Assembly (NCBI GenBank): GCA_964405665.1
Contig: CAYOOT010000004.1
Span: 8,053-72,052, forward strand
Direction of reading: 5' to 3'
Origin: an uncultured Bdellovibrionales bacterium
GTDB taxonomy: Bacteria; Bdellovibrionota_C; UBA2361; SZUA-149; CAZDWZ01
Length of the DNA: 64,000 bases
The position numbers were made by a program, and so were the translations under genes. The notes beneath the pieces are model-generated. The model searched no databases. It worked only from the letters and a program-made list of their open reading frames with translations, and was not told the DNA's origin. Shown one piece after another: positions 17,637 to 27,715 of the stretch; the first letter of the stretch is position 1, and every line of letters begins with the position of its first letter.

Positions 17637-20105
17637 CCTCACCGCCTTAATAAACTCCTCTCTTTCTATCTCTAAAGACTCTTCCAAAATTCCTTCCATT
17701 TTTAATACTTCATTTTGAAACCTTGTCTTGCGATTCAAATTCCTGGCAATCAATTCATCAACCTTGCTCGCCTGTAAAGAAATAATTCTAACCGTTCCTG
17801 TTTGGCCAATCCTATGCAAACGATCAATTGATTGCATCCAATGCTCGGCATTCCATGTTTTATCGAGATAAATTGCAGTTTGAGCGGCGGTCAGCGTGAT
17901 TCCCACACCACCGGCAGCAGGAACAGCTACTAATATTTTTACTTCATTGGAATTTTGAAATTTTTTTATTGTTTCATCCCGTTCTTTTGTGGAAACTTCT
18001 CCGGAAAATGCCTTGGCTCCATACTTTTCGTAACGTTTTGTCAGTTCCCGAATATTTCCCAAATAATTTGTCCAGATTACTAGCTTTTCTTCTCTTTCAG
18101 AAACAATATCTTCCACTAATAAATCCAATTCTTTGAATTTTGCCGGTTCTCCTTTCCAAGTTTCATCAATCAATCTGGGGTTAGAGGCCACCTGAACGGC
18201 TCTTAAATATTCTTCCAGAATATTGTTAATTTCTCGGATAAAAGTTTTACCATTGGTAGAAGTAACCCTTAACAAAAGCTCTTTCCTGATTTCTTCGTAG
18301 CGCTTGCGTTGTTCTCCAGTTAAATCAATATCTCTGGTAATAAATATTTTCTCCGGTAAATCCACAACATCTTCTTTTTTTCTGCGCAGTAAAACCTCAT
18401 GCAGCCGAGAAATAGTTTCTTTAATCATTTGCGGCTTAAACTTTTTTACAGCAAAATCGCTATATTTTGTTCCCAGTTCCGCTACTTGTTCCAACCAACG
18501 ATAGTAACTTTTTCCAAATCTCTCTCCACCATCTAACAAATACATTTGTGACCAGATATCAGAAATATCTTTCGGCGTGGGAGTTCCACTAAGTAATACT
18601 CGGCGCTGACAAAGCGGCGCAAGCTGAGAAATAGCCTGAAAAGTCTGAGCATTGGGACTTTTTACGCGTTGTGATTCGTCAAGGCATAACAAAGTGTTTT
18701 TGGTTTGCAGTAAATCTATTATCTCCGGTAAAACATAATCCAGTCTGATTGCTTCGTAATTAATTACCAGACCATTTATTTTATAATCGCCCCAGGAAAG
18801 CTTTTTCAAAAAACTGATTTTCTCCTTTTTTTCTTGGGGCAACATCAACAGACGTAATTCTGGAAACCAATTTGCTGCTTCTCGCAACCAATTCCTGGTT
18901 AAGGAATTAGGACAAATTACCAAGAGAAAATCGCTTTGTGCTGTTTTTTGTAGGGCAACAAAAGAGCTAAGCACACTTAATGTTTTTCCTAATCCCATAT
19001 CGTCTCCCAAAAACGAAAATGGAGTTTCCAATAGCCATTTCATTGCCACTCGTTGATGAGGGTATAATCTTTGTTCTAAGCTTTGATCTGAGAAAATAGA
19101 CTGATTCAAATTGACATCTTTTAGTGCATTAAAATGCTTCGATCTCTCTAAAAGCAATTGTTGCGCTTCTCTTTCCTTGGCTGAAATTTCGGCAAAAGCT
19201 TCACCTCTTTGGCGGATCATTTCTTGCACTTTGTCACTTAACCAAAGCTTCCATTTCAAATCTTTTAGTCTTTGCACAACTTTAAACAAAGTATTTTGAT
19301 CAAACATTTTTGCAAGATTTTTTCGTTGATCAAAGGAAGAAATGTTAGGGAAAATTTCTCTTAGCTGTGTTGTCGTATAATTTTTTAAGCAAAAATATGT
19401 TTCACTGCCGCTTTCATCGAAATAGTCTAAAACTTCAATGAAGGGACAAAGTAAAGCTGCACTTAAATTATTTTCATTAATAATTGTTTCCTGGTTTAAA
19501 ATCTCCGCTCTTAATTTGGCACTGGCACTTAAAATTTTACCAGCAGTGGCTTCTACTGCAAAAAGTAAATTCAGATCTCTTAGTTTTTTTAAAAGTGCAG
19601 TTAATTCTTCCGTAGGTAGAAAATAAGATTTTTCCGTTTTGATATAATGTGCTCCCGGAATTTTTTCTAAAATTTTTCTGGCCTTAGAGCTAAAACTAGG
19701 GAGTGCCCGCAATGACGTCTGTTTGAAATCCAATCTGATTACTAAATCCAGCCTTAAATTTTTAAGATCCTCTTCAGCAACAGAAAATGGATTTTCTTTA
19801 ACTCGAGAAAGAATCTCTTCTAAATCAACTTTTTCCGATTTTAGTTCAATCGGCAGATCTTCAGCAGAAAAACTATAAACTAAATTATCCCTGCTAAATG
19901 ATTTGGAATTTTCCAAATAAGAACAATTTTTAAGCTGAACAGTCCAATGCTTTCTTTCTTTATTAAAACGGGCTGAGGGTATTTTTTTTATTTCCTGTAC
20001 TTTGTCAGGGGAATAAGAAAATTCAACTATTAACTGATCTCCAGAAAGAGACACTTGACCCAGAGGCTGATTATATGATTTCTCTTGTCTATGATTAATA
20101 CCCAT
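17634..20105 (-). CDS. SNF2/RapA-family DEAD-like helicase (uncharacterised ~330-aa N-terminal region + SNF2 ATPase + helicase-C)
   Basis: LGDDMGLGKT (Walker A), LCLDESQRVKSP (DExx box), helicase-C block ...GGVGITLTAAQTAIYLDKTWN...QSIDRLHRIGQ (motif VI). Confidence 0.8.
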   Translation of the reverse strand: MGINHRQEKSYNQPLGQVSLSGDQLIVEFSYSPDKVQEIKKIPSARFNKERKHWTVQLKNCSYLENSKSFSRDNLVYSFSAEDLPIELKSEKVDLEEILSRVKENPFSVAEEDLKNLRLDLVIRLDFKQTSLRALPSFSSKARKILEKIPGAHYIKTEKSYFLPTEELTALLKKLRDLNLLFAVEATAGKILSASAKLRAEILNQETIINENNLSAALLCPFIEVLDYFDESGSETYFCLKNYTTTQLREIFPNISSFDQRKNLAKMFDQNTLFKVVQRLKDLKWKLWLSDKVQEMIRQRGEAFAEISAKEREAQQLLLERSKHFNALKDVNLNQSIFSDQSLEQRLYPHQRVAMKWLLETPFSFLGDDMGLGKTLSVLSSFVALQKTAQSDFLLVICPNSLTRNWLREAANWFPELRLLMLPQEKKEKISFLKKLSWGDYKINGLVINYEAIRLDYVLPEIIDLLQTKNTLLCLDESQRVKSPNAQTFQAISQLAPLCQRRVLLSGTPTPKDISDIWSQMYLLDGGERFGKSYYRWLEQVAELGTKYSDFAVKKFKPQMIKETISRLHEVLLRRKKEDVVDLPEKIFITRDIDLTGEQRKRYEEIRKELLLRVTSTNGKTFIREINNILEEYLRAVQVASNPRLIDETWKGEPAKFKELDLLVEDIVSEREEKLVIWTNYLGNIRELTKRYEKYGAKAFSGEVSTKERDETIKKFQNSNEVKILVAVPAAGGVGITLTAAQTAIYLDKTWNAEHWMQSIDRLHRIGQTGTVRIISLQASKVDELIARNLNRKTRFQNEVLKMEGILEESLEIEREEFIKAVR

Positions 20106-20243
20106 CGTACTTTAGATTTTTAGATTAACTTTTGTTTACTAAGGTTTAATAAAACTCTTTGGCGATAGGTATGATGCTTTATTATTGGTTTGTGCTTTGC
20201 ACAAACTATGTAGTTTTTATCCACAACAAAATACATATTTTTC

Positions 20244-21476
20244 ATGCCAAATAATGATGTTGATTATTTAATTATCGGTGCCGGTATCATTGGCTTAAGT
20301 CTGGCTAAGACTTTACGCCAAAAAGACCCCAGTTGTAAAATCGTTATCGTCGAAAAAGAACCACATGTTGCCGAACACGCTTCCGGAAGAAATAGTGGTG
20401 TTTTGCATGCCGGTTTTTATTATAGTGCCGATACTCTCAAAGCAAAACTTTCTATCGCCGGCAATAAGGCACTTCGAGATTATTGTAAAACAAGAAATCT
20501 TCCTCTTAAAGAAACTGGAAAATTAGTTGTCGCTACTTCCGAAAAAGAAGTGGAACAACTCTATGAACTGGAAAAAAGGGGGAAATCAAATGGCTCGCAG
20601 GTTGAAATTATTTCTGAAGAACAGGCTAGAAAAATTGAACCTAATATTAAAACTTGCGGCCAAGCACTCTGGTCTCCTTTAACGGCGACAGTGGATCCCA
20701 AAGCGATTTGTAATTCGCTGCACAAAGAATTGGCTGCTGATGGTGTTAAATTTCTTTTCAATCAGACCTTTCAAAAATGCCAAAACAATTTAGTAAAAAC
20801 TAGTCAAAACTATTATTGGGCAAATCACATTATTAATTGCGCCGGTCTGTATGCCGATAAAATTGCCCAAGGTTTTGGTTTTGGAACAAATTATACAATT
20901 ATTCCTTTTAAGGGTCTTTATTTAAAATATGTAAAAAATAGCACTGATATTCGAACAAATATTTATCCTGTTCCCGATTTGAAACAAACATTTCTGGGAG
21001 TACATTTTACAAAAACCGTAAATGACATAATAAAAATCGGCCCCACGGCCATTCCAGCTTTTTGGAGAGAGAACTATAATTTTCATCAAAGATTTAAATT
21101 GGATGAATTCTTAACAATTCTTTTTTACGAAGCTAAACTTTTTATCAATAATTCTTTTGGTTTTCGTTCTTTAGCTTTTGAAGAAATGAAAAAATATTCA
21201 AAAAGTTATTTGATTCGCCTCTCTTCCAAACTGGCACAAAATGTTGACCCTGATGGTTTTGGCGAATTTGCTCCACCGGGAATCAGGGCGCAATTAATCA
21301 ATAAACAAACTCTGCAATTGGTAATGGATTTTATGATCGAAGGAGACGAAAGAAGTACGCATATTCTAAATGCAATTTCTCCCGGGTTTACTTGTAGTTT
21401 GCCTTTTGCGGAGTATGTGGTGGATAATTATATTTTAGAGAGATCCGCGTCAAAGAAAGAAGTTGTTGTAATGTAG
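20244..21476 (+). CDS. FAD-dependent L-2-hydroxyglutarate oxidase/dehydrogenase family protein
   Basis: DYLIIGAGIIGLSLA dinucleotide fold; SGRNSGVLHAGFYYSADTLKAKL closely parallels E. coli LhgO (GHNSGVIHAGVYYTPGSLKAQ). Stop TAG lies in the MITE terminus GTAGGGG. Confidence 0.65.
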   Translation: MPNNDVDYLIIGAGIIGLSLAKTLRQKDPSCKIVIVEKEPHVAEHASGRNSGVLHAGFYYSADTLKAKLSIAGNKALRDYCKTRNLPLKETGKLVVATSEKEVEQLYELEKRGKSNGSQVEIISEEQARKIEPNIKTCGQALWSPLTATVDPKAICNSLHKELAADGVKFLFNQTFQKCQNNLVKTSQNYYWANHIINCAGLYADKIAQGFGFGTNYTIIPFKGLYLKYVKNSTDIRTNIYPVPDLKQTFLGVHFTKTVNDIIKIGPTAIPAFWRENYNFHQRFKLDEFLTILFYEAKLFINNSFGFRSLAFEEMKKYSKSYLIRLSSKLAQNVDPDGFGEFAPPGIRAQLINKQTLQLVMDFMIEGDERSTHILNAISPGFTCSLPFAEYVVDNYILERSASKKEVVVM

Positions 21477-21548
21477 GGGCACCCTTTATGAGTGCCCGGT
21501 TGGGCAATATATTTTGGAATTCCGGGCACTCATAAAGGGTGCCCCTAC
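21473..21548. repeat. Palindromic MITE-like element, family A, copy 2
   Basis: GTAGGGGCACCCTTTATGAGTGCCCGG ... CCGGGCACTCATAAAGGGTGCCCCTAC. The TAG within each terminus is the stop codon of a convergent flanking gene (20244..21476 + and 21545..22351 -). Confidence 0.8.
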
Positions 21549-22351
21549 ATAAAAAAATCTCTCATCTCTTTTAATTGCTGCTCAATACTTTTATTAGAAA
21601 CAAGCTGATTCAATTCATACTCAGAAACCAACCTCCGATCACAAGCTACTTCCGCTTCAACAGGATTAACTTTTATTCCCAGATTATAAGTTTCATTAAT
21701 CAAAGAAAGCAGCTGATACTTAGTAACCGCTTCTTTGGAAAAAATATGAAAAACTCCATTTTGATAAAGATTATTTTTGAAAATATTATCGATAATTTCA
21801 GCTAAAAATAAACTCGTAACTCCATTCCAAAAATGATTTACAAAGCCATTAATCTCTTTTCCCTGATTACTTCTCACCCATTCCAGTAAAGACCTTCCTT
21901 CTCCCGTTTCTTCTCCTACGATCGAAGTGCGCAAATACATACAATCATCGCATTCTCCGGCAACTTTGCTGATACTGTATAAATCAAAAGAATCAAAATA
22001 ACTTTTTTCTGAATAGGGTCCGGCATTACCTGAAAAAACTCCATCACTAGTGATATTAAAACATGGAATATTATTTTGTTTGGAATATTTCGCCAAATTT
22101 CTCGGAAAAATTGCATTGACTTGAAAAATTTCTTCCGTTGAAAAATTTGCAAATCGGGATTTAATGATACAAGCAGCATTAAGAATCAAATCTGCCTGGG
22201 ATAAATTTTGCACAGCTTTTGAAAATGGATCTTTTACGATATCAAAGTTTTCTCTACTTAGCTCGATCACTCTATATCCTTGTGCTCTAAAATAAAGAAC
22301 TGCCGCATAACCGAGCATTCCTTTGGAGCCAAAAATAAGAATTGTTTTCAT
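21545..22351 (-). CDS. RmlD-like NAD(P)H-dependent sugar-nucleotide reductase (dTDP-4-dehydrorhamnose reductase family)
   Basis: MKTILIFGSKGMLGY Rossmann start; SDGVF..YSISKVAGE resembles RmlD STDYVF..YGKTKLAGE. Confidence 0.55.
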   Translation of the reverse strand: MKTILIFGSKGMLGYAAVLYFRAQGYRVIELSRENFDIVKDPFSKAVQNLSQADLILNAACIIKSRFANFSTEEIFQVNAIFPRNLAKYSKQNNIPCFNITSDGVFSGNAGPYSEKSYFDSFDLYSISKVAGECDDCMYLRTSIVGEETGEGRSLLEWVRSNQGKEINGFVNHFWNGVTSLFLAEIIDNIFKNNLYQNGVFHIFSKEAVTKYQLLSLINETYNLGIKVNPVEAEVACDRRLVSEYELNQLVSNKSIEQQLKEMRDFFM

Positions 22352-22354
22352 TGA

Positions 22355-23080
22355 TTATCTGGGAACTAAAGCGGCGCGCAAAGCATACTTTAAATAAGAC
22401 CAAAGCATTGTCGGTGTATATTGGAATTTGGAAACTCCTTCTCCTTGATCTCTTGAGGTAAGAATATAAGGAACTTCTATTGTTCTGACCTTTTTCTTTT
22501 TTAGAATATAAAGTTCTTCTAACAAAAATGAAAAACCCTTTTCCCGAAAAACTTCATCCACTAAAAGCGAGAGGCGTACCGCATGAAAACCGTTGGTGCA
22601 ATCTTTTATTCCCATTCTAAAAAGTTTGGAAGCAACGAAATTTCCGATAATGGTATAAAGCTGTCGATAATAAGGAACTCCTTTCATTCCCCCACCCGAA
22701 ACGTAGCGCGATGCTTTGACTACATCATATTTTCCGGTAGAAAGTAATTTTGCAAAATTAGGAATTAAAATCGGATCATTGGTTAAATCAGAATCCATAA
22801 ACAAGCCGAAAACAAAACCATCTTCGTAGGCTCTTTTCATTCCGGCAACTAATGCCCCGCCAAAACCTCTATTCGGATAATGCGAAACTAAAGTAAAAGG
22901 AAGATCCTTATTTAATAAAGTTTGCAGAAATTTTTCTGTGCGATCTCTGCTCCCATCATTAACAACATACAATCTAGTTCCAGGAAGTAAATCTTTAATT
23001 ACAGAACAAACAGCGCGCACACATTTTTCCGCGTTATCTTCCTCGTTATACATTGGGATAATAACAGCAAGTTCTTTCAT
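22355..23080 (-). CDS. Family-2 glycosyltransferase, polyprenyl-phosphate sugar transferase (DPM1/ArnC/GtrB-like)
   Basis: IIPMYNEEDNA ... VVNDGSRDRT ... D-x-D-containing GT-A fold signature. Confidence 0.75.
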   Translation of the reverse strand: MKELAVIIPMYNEEDNAEKCVRAVCSVIKDLLPGTRLYVVNDGSRDRTEKFLQTLLNKDLPFTLVSHYPNRGFGGALVAGMKRAYEDGFVFGLFMDSDLTNDPILIPNFAKLLSTGKYDVVKASRYVSGGGMKGVPYYRQLYTIIGNFVASKLFRMGIKDCTNGFHAVRLSLLVDEVFREKGFSFLLEELYILKKKKVRTIEVPYILTSRDQGEGVSKFQYTPTMLWSYLKYALRAALVPR

Positions 23081-23278
23081 GAAATTTATCTTACAATTTT
23101 GCTAATATCCCTAAAATTATAGCTAAATTACTTAGGAATTACAAAAAAATCTTTTTGAGCATCTAATAACTCGTGTAACCACTTGCTATTACTATATTTT
23201 ATTTATCCCCCCAGGGCTTTTAAAAAAAATTTTCCTCCTGTATAGAATTAGCTACAAATTTTAAAAAATTGGAGTCTG

Positions 23279-24295
23279 ATGGACAGTTTATTTCGTGGCA
23301 AAAATATCTTAATTACCGGAGGAACGGGAGCATTTGGGACCAAGTTTGTCCAATATCTCAAGAGCTGTGCTCCGAATAAAGTTCTTGTATTTTCCCGAGA
23401 TGAAATGAAACATGCCGCCATGAAAAGAACATTCTCTGGAAGCAATGCTCTTAGTTGCTTAAAATACCAAATTGGCGATATCTGCCGCAAAGATGATTTA
23501 GAAACGGCAATGTTAGATGCTGATATTGTAGTTCATGCCGCAGCGATGAAACATCTTCCGGAATGTGAATGTCATCCTCTGGCCAGTAATTTAACTAATG
23601 TCAGCGGAACACAAAATGTAGTTAGTATTTTTAACAAATCAAAAGCTGACACCTTAATTTTCTTATCGACTGACAAAGCCCCCTATGCTTCATCAATTTA
23701 TGGGGCACAAAAATATATCGGAGAAAAATTAATTACTCATTGTAGTTCAGAGAATCCTCAAAAAAAAGCTTTTAGTTTGCGATATTCCAATGTCATTGAT
23801 AGCACCGGAGCAGTTTTTAATATTTTTGGCAATATGCTCTCCGCAGGGAAAAAAGTTACCGTCAATGGCACAAGTACGATTCGAGGATTCGTCACTCAAT
23901 CTACTGTTATTTCTTGTATTGAAACAGCAATGAAATATGCGCAAGGCGGAGAAACTATTGTCCTTCGTCCGAAAATTATTCGAATTGCTGAATTAGCTAG
24001 CACAATGCATAGTTTGTTGGGAAAAGGAGAAGTAGAGATCCTGGAAACCACAAGTTTTCAGGGAGAAAAAGATTCTGCAACATTAATTATGGAAGAAGAA
24101 CTGGCGATTACAAAAGACTTTCCTGAAGCGGAAACCCAATCCTATATTCTGGATCATACGAATAAACATCCTCAAAGAAAAAAAATAACATTTGGTCATG
24201 AGGGAAGCTTAACTTTGGAAAATTGTGAAATACTATCCGGAACAGCTTTAAAAGAATTTCTCATTCCAGTAATGAAAAGTAATAATTTATATTAA
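23279..24295 (+). CDS. NDP-sugar 4,6-dehydratase/epimerase of the PseB/CapD/FlaA1 family (extended SDR)
   Basis: KNILITGGTGAFGTKFVQYL matches the PseB-type N-terminus; GGAG RBS upstream. Confidence 0.6.
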   Translation: MDSLFRGKNILITGGTGAFGTKFVQYLKSCAPNKVLVFSRDEMKHAAMKRTFSGSNALSCLKYQIGDICRKDDLETAMLDADIVVHAAAMKHLPECECHPLASNLTNVSGTQNVVSIFNKSKADTLIFLSTDKAPYASSIYGAQKYIGEKLITHCSSENPQKKAFSLRYSNVIDSTGAVFNIFGNMLSAGKKVTVNGTSTIRGFVTQSTVISCIETAMKYAQGGETIVLRPKIIRIAELASTMHSLLGKGEVEILETTSFQGEKDSATLIMEEELAITKDFPEAETQSYILDHTNKHPQRKKITFGHEGSLTLENCEILSGTALKEFLIPVMKSNNLY

Positions 24296-24310
24296 TAAAC
24301 ATGTGCTACA

Positions 24311-25522
24311 ATGGAGGCAGAAGTGAGAAGAGATAATTGCCGCGGCTGCGGAAGTAAAAAACTTTTACAATTCCTAGATTTAGGGATGATGCCTCTTGCC
24401 GGCGGATTCTTAGCTAATAAAGAAGCGGCGGCTAAAGAACAACTTTATCCTTTACCAATTCATATCTGCCAAGATTGCAGTTTAGTGCAAATTTTAGAAG
24501 TGGTTGATCCAGAAATATTATTTCAAGATTATAGTTTTTCTTCCAGCACCATCGCACCTTTGGTTAAACATTTTGAAGAATACGCCGACTGGATTCATAA
24601 TCGATTAAATCCGCAAACTGTTTTGGAATTCGGTTGTAATGATGGAGTTCTTCTAGCCCCTTTAGAAAAATTGGGAATTAAAGCTATCGGTATTGACCCT
24701 TCCGGAAACATCACAGAAGTAGGCCGACAAAAAGGCTTAAATATTATCACCGGATATTTTAATGATCTTTCCGCCCAAGACATCGTCGCCAAATTCGGCC
24801 CGGTTGATGTGGTAACCGGGAGCAATGTTTTTGCTCACAATAACGAACCGGAAAAAATTCTAAAAGGTGCCAAAACAGTTTTAAAACCAAATGGTCATTT
24901 ATCTCTGGAAGTAATGTATGCCGGTGATATGTTGGAAACCCTGCAATGGGATACTTTATATCATGAGCATTTAACATTTTATAGTTTACATTCAATCTCA
25001 AAACTTTTTAATAAATTTGGTTTTAAAGTCGTTGATGCCGTAAGAATTCCGATGCATGGGGGATCACTTCGTGTAGTGGCCACACAAAATCAAAATCAAC
25101 AAACATCGACGGATTATCAAGCAATTGTCGCTTATGAAGAAAAAATGCGCATTAGCGACCCAGAAACTTGGAACACCTTCGGTCAATTATCTTTTAGAAA
25201 AATCAATATTGTAAAAGAAACTTTCGGTGCCCTTAGTAAAACAAAGAAAATTTGGGCTTATGGTGCAGCCGGTAAAGCAACAATGTGGATTAACGCTTGC
25301 GGAATGAATTATCTAGGAGCAGTAGTTGATGCTTCTCCTTTTCGTGCCGGGAAATTAATCGCCGGAACTCATACACCAGTAGTCTTCCCGGAAGAATTTA
25401 AAAACAATCCGCCGGATCATATGTTTGTAACCGCCTGGAATTATGCCGATCATATTAAAACCAAAGAAAATTGGTTCAAAGGAATTTGGTCAGTGCCGCT
25501 TCCGGATTTGAGGTTTTTTTAA
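24311..25522 (+). CDS. NDP-hexose C-methyltransferase-like class I SAM methyltransferase (zinc-ribbon N-domain + MTase + C-methyltransferase C-domain)
   Basis: N-terminal CRGCGS...C..C zinc-binding motif typical of TylCIII-like sugar C-methyltransferases; central LEFGCNDG MTase motif I. Confidence 0.55.
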   Translation: MEAEVRRDNCRGCGSKKLLQFLDLGMMPLAGGFLANKEAAAKEQLYPLPIHICQDCSLVQILEVVDPEILFQDYSFSSSTIAPLVKHFEEYADWIHNRLNPQTVLEFGCNDGVLLAPLEKLGIKAIGIDPSGNITEVGRQKGLNIITGYFNDLSAQDIVAKFGPVDVVTGSNVFAHNNEPEKILKGAKTVLKPNGHLSLEVMYAGDMLETLQWDTLYHEHLTFYSLHSISKLFNKFGFKVVDAVRIPMHGGSLRVVATQNQNQQTSTDYQAIVAYEEKMRISDPETWNTFGQLSFRKINIVKETFGALSKTKKIWAYGAAGKATMWINACGMNYLGAVVDASPFRAGKLIAGTHTPVVFPEEFKNNPPDHMFVTAWNYADHIKTKENWFKGIWSVPLPDLRFF

Positions 25523-25527
25523 AAAAC

Positions 25528-26079
25528 CTATCGGGGATGAATCCCTTCGGCAAATTCTTCCAACATTTTTTCAATAAACATCGGTAAATCCTTGGGGGAT
25601 CTGCTGGTCACCAGCCCGTTATCAACAACAACTTCTCGATCCACCCATTTTGCTCCGGCATTTTCTAAATCTTTTCTGATCGCCGAATAAGAAGTCATTG
25701 CCAATCCATCAACAAGATCAGCCTCAATTAGGAGCTGAGGTCCATGACAAATAGCAGCAATCGGTTTACCATCATGAAAAAACGAGGAAACAAAGTCAAC
25801 AGCTTCCTGATTCGTCCGAAGTTTATCGCAATTTAATGTTCCTCCGGGAATTAACAATGCATGATAATCTGTAGCGGAAGTTTCACTAAATATTTTGTCT
25901 ACAGGTATTGCTTTACTCCAATTACTTTCCGACCAACCCTTAATAGTTCCATAAGCAGGAGCAATAACTTCACACAATGCTCCATTGTTTAATAAAGCTT
26001 TTAAGGGTTCTTCCAATTCAGATTGTTCAAAACCATTTGTTGCAATTATTGCAATTTTTTTTCCTTTAATATTTTCCAT
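25528..26079 (-). CDS. DJ-1/PfpI-family protein (class I glutamine amidotransferase-like)
   Basis: KKIAIIATNGFEQSELEEP ... nucleophile elbow AICHGPQLL. Confidence 0.8.
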   Translation of the reverse strand: MENIKGKKIAIIATNGFEQSELEEPLKALLNNGALCEVIAPAYGTIKGWSESNWSKAIPVDKIFSETSATDYHALLIPGGTLNCDKLRTNQEAVDFVSSFFHDGKPIAAICHGPQLLIEADLVDGLAMTSYSAIRKDLENAGAKWVDREVVVDNGLVTSRSPKDLPMFIEKMLEEFAEGIHPR

Positions 26080-26217
26080 AATTTTTCCTATTTAGTTTTA
26101 GAGGAGTATTATAAAAAATAATTATTATCTCCCGGCATGATCATCATCAGTCGAATAGACATTCAATTTGTCCTGTTATAAATGTAGATCTTACTAATTA
26201 CGGAAAATATTGAATAA

Positions 26218-26991
26218 ATGGAAGCTTCAAACATCTCAAATTTTACTCGCTTTAATCAGCGAGTGGAGGATTATGCCAAATATCGTCCTACTTATCCCCA
26301 AGAAGCTATTCAATATTTAGCTGAATTTTGTAATCTTTCTTCTCAAGCAGAGATCGCCGATATCGGCTCAGGTACTGGTCTGCTTACAGAACTGTTACTT
26401 CCCTTGGTAAAACAGGTTTTTGCGGTAGAACCAAATACAGAAATGCGTGAATATTGCGAAAGTAAACTTTCCCAATTCAAAAATTATAAGAGTATTCCCG
26501 GTTGCGCAGAAAATTCTCTACTGCAAAATACTTCAGTGGATTTAATAACAGTTGCTCAAGCATTTCATTGGTTTGATCGTTTGAAAACCCAGAAAGAGTT
26601 TCGTCGAATTTTACGTGGCGAAAAATTTGTCGCCCTGCTTTGGAACGAAAGACAAAATGAATCAAGCGAATTTATGCTTGCTTATGAAAAACTCCTTCAA
26701 AAATATGGCGCTGATTACTCCAAAGTCAAACATACAAATCTTACAGCTAAAGATTTCATAGAATTTTTTGGTTCTGATAATATTCAAGAAAGAATTTATA
26801 AAAATTTTACACATTTAGAATGGGAAGAACTTCTTGGAAGAGCTGCCTCTCAAAGTTTTTTACCGGCGCGAAACGAACCAACATTTAATTCTATGTCTAC
26901 GAATTTAGAAACTATTTTTGAAGAACATCAACAACAAAATAAAGTAGAGTTCCAATACTTTACTCGAGTAATTATTGGTTGTATTAAATAA
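26218..26991 (+). CDS. Class I SAM-dependent methyltransferase
   Basis: Motif I IADIGSGTGLLTELL and acidic residue VFAVEPNTEM. Confidence 0.7.
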   Translation: MEASNISNFTRFNQRVEDYAKYRPTYPQEAIQYLAEFCNLSSQAEIADIGSGTGLLTELLLPLVKQVFAVEPNTEMREYCESKLSQFKNYKSIPGCAENSLLQNTSVDLITVAQAFHWFDRLKTQKEFRRILRGEKFVALLWNERQNESSEFMLAYEKLLQKYGADYSKVKHTNLTAKDFIEFFGSDNIQERIYKNFTHLEWEELLGRAASQSFLPARNEPTFNSMSTNLETIFEEHQQQNKVEFQYFTRVIIGCIK

Positions 26992-26994
26992 GTC

Positions 26995-27663
26995 ATGTTA
27001 GAAGAAAAATTTTCACAAAGCCAAGAAAATGGTCTTTCCTTAGTAAAAGATTCAGATCAGTTGATCCTTTCAGTCGGTATCAGCACCGCAGGATACGCTG
27101 AAATCAAACTTGCTCAGGCAAGCCCTGGAAGAAAAGTTATTGGGACCACAATTGACGAAGCAGGTCTGAAACAAACGAAAGAGCTGATCGAGAATTCCAG
27201 CCTTTCCCAACAAATAGAACTTCGCCTGGAAGATATCAGGAAGCCAACAAATTATCCCACTGAATATTTTGATTTTATTTATGCCAGATTGATCCTTCAT
27301 TATTTGACTAAAGATGAACTTGACTTTGCCTTGTTGGAACTTCAAAGAATACTTAAAAAAGGCGGGCGTTTGTTTGTTGTGGTTCGCTCTACTGCCGATT
27401 GGGAAGCTCAACTGGAAAATAATTCCTTTGATGAAAAAAGCCGGTTTACAAGTTATCCTCGGTTTGATCTTAATGCTGTAAAGACAGGAGAAATTATATC
27501 CCGGTATTTCCATAGCTGTGATTCACTACGGACACATTGTGAACAAGCCGGGTTTCAAGCTCTTTATTTCAAAGAATATGATGAGCAATTATTTTTTGAT
27601 TACGCCAGAACAATACCGACTTTGCGACCGACTTCTTTGATTGAAGCACTTTTTGTGAAGTGA
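26995..27663 (+). CDS. Putative methyltransferase-fold protein
   Basis: ILSVGISTAGYAEI ... FDFIYARLILHYL ... KKGGRLFVVV resemble degenerate MTase motifs I-III. Weak call. Confidence 0.35.
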   Translation: MLEEKFSQSQENGLSLVKDSDQLILSVGISTAGYAEIKLAQASPGRKVIGTTIDEAGLKQTKELIENSSLSQQIELRLEDIRKPTNYPTEYFDFIYARLILHYLTKDELDFALLELQRILKKGGRLFVVVRSTADWEAQLENNSFDEKSRFTSYPRFDLNAVKTGEIISRYFHSCDSLRTHCEQAGFQALYFKEYDEQLFFDYARTIPTLRPTSLIEALFVK

Positions 27664-27715
27664 TCTACAAAAACTGTATATTGACAATCTGTATCTACCT
27701 GGATACAGTGAGAAA

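Noticed and set aside
20217-20225. Perfect DnaA-box consensus TTATCCACA upstream of the hydroxyglutarate-oxidase gene
   Set aside because: It is a single isolated box with no cluster, no AT-rich DNA-unwinding element and no dnaA/dnaN nearby. It is probably a chance occurrence in AT-rich DNA.
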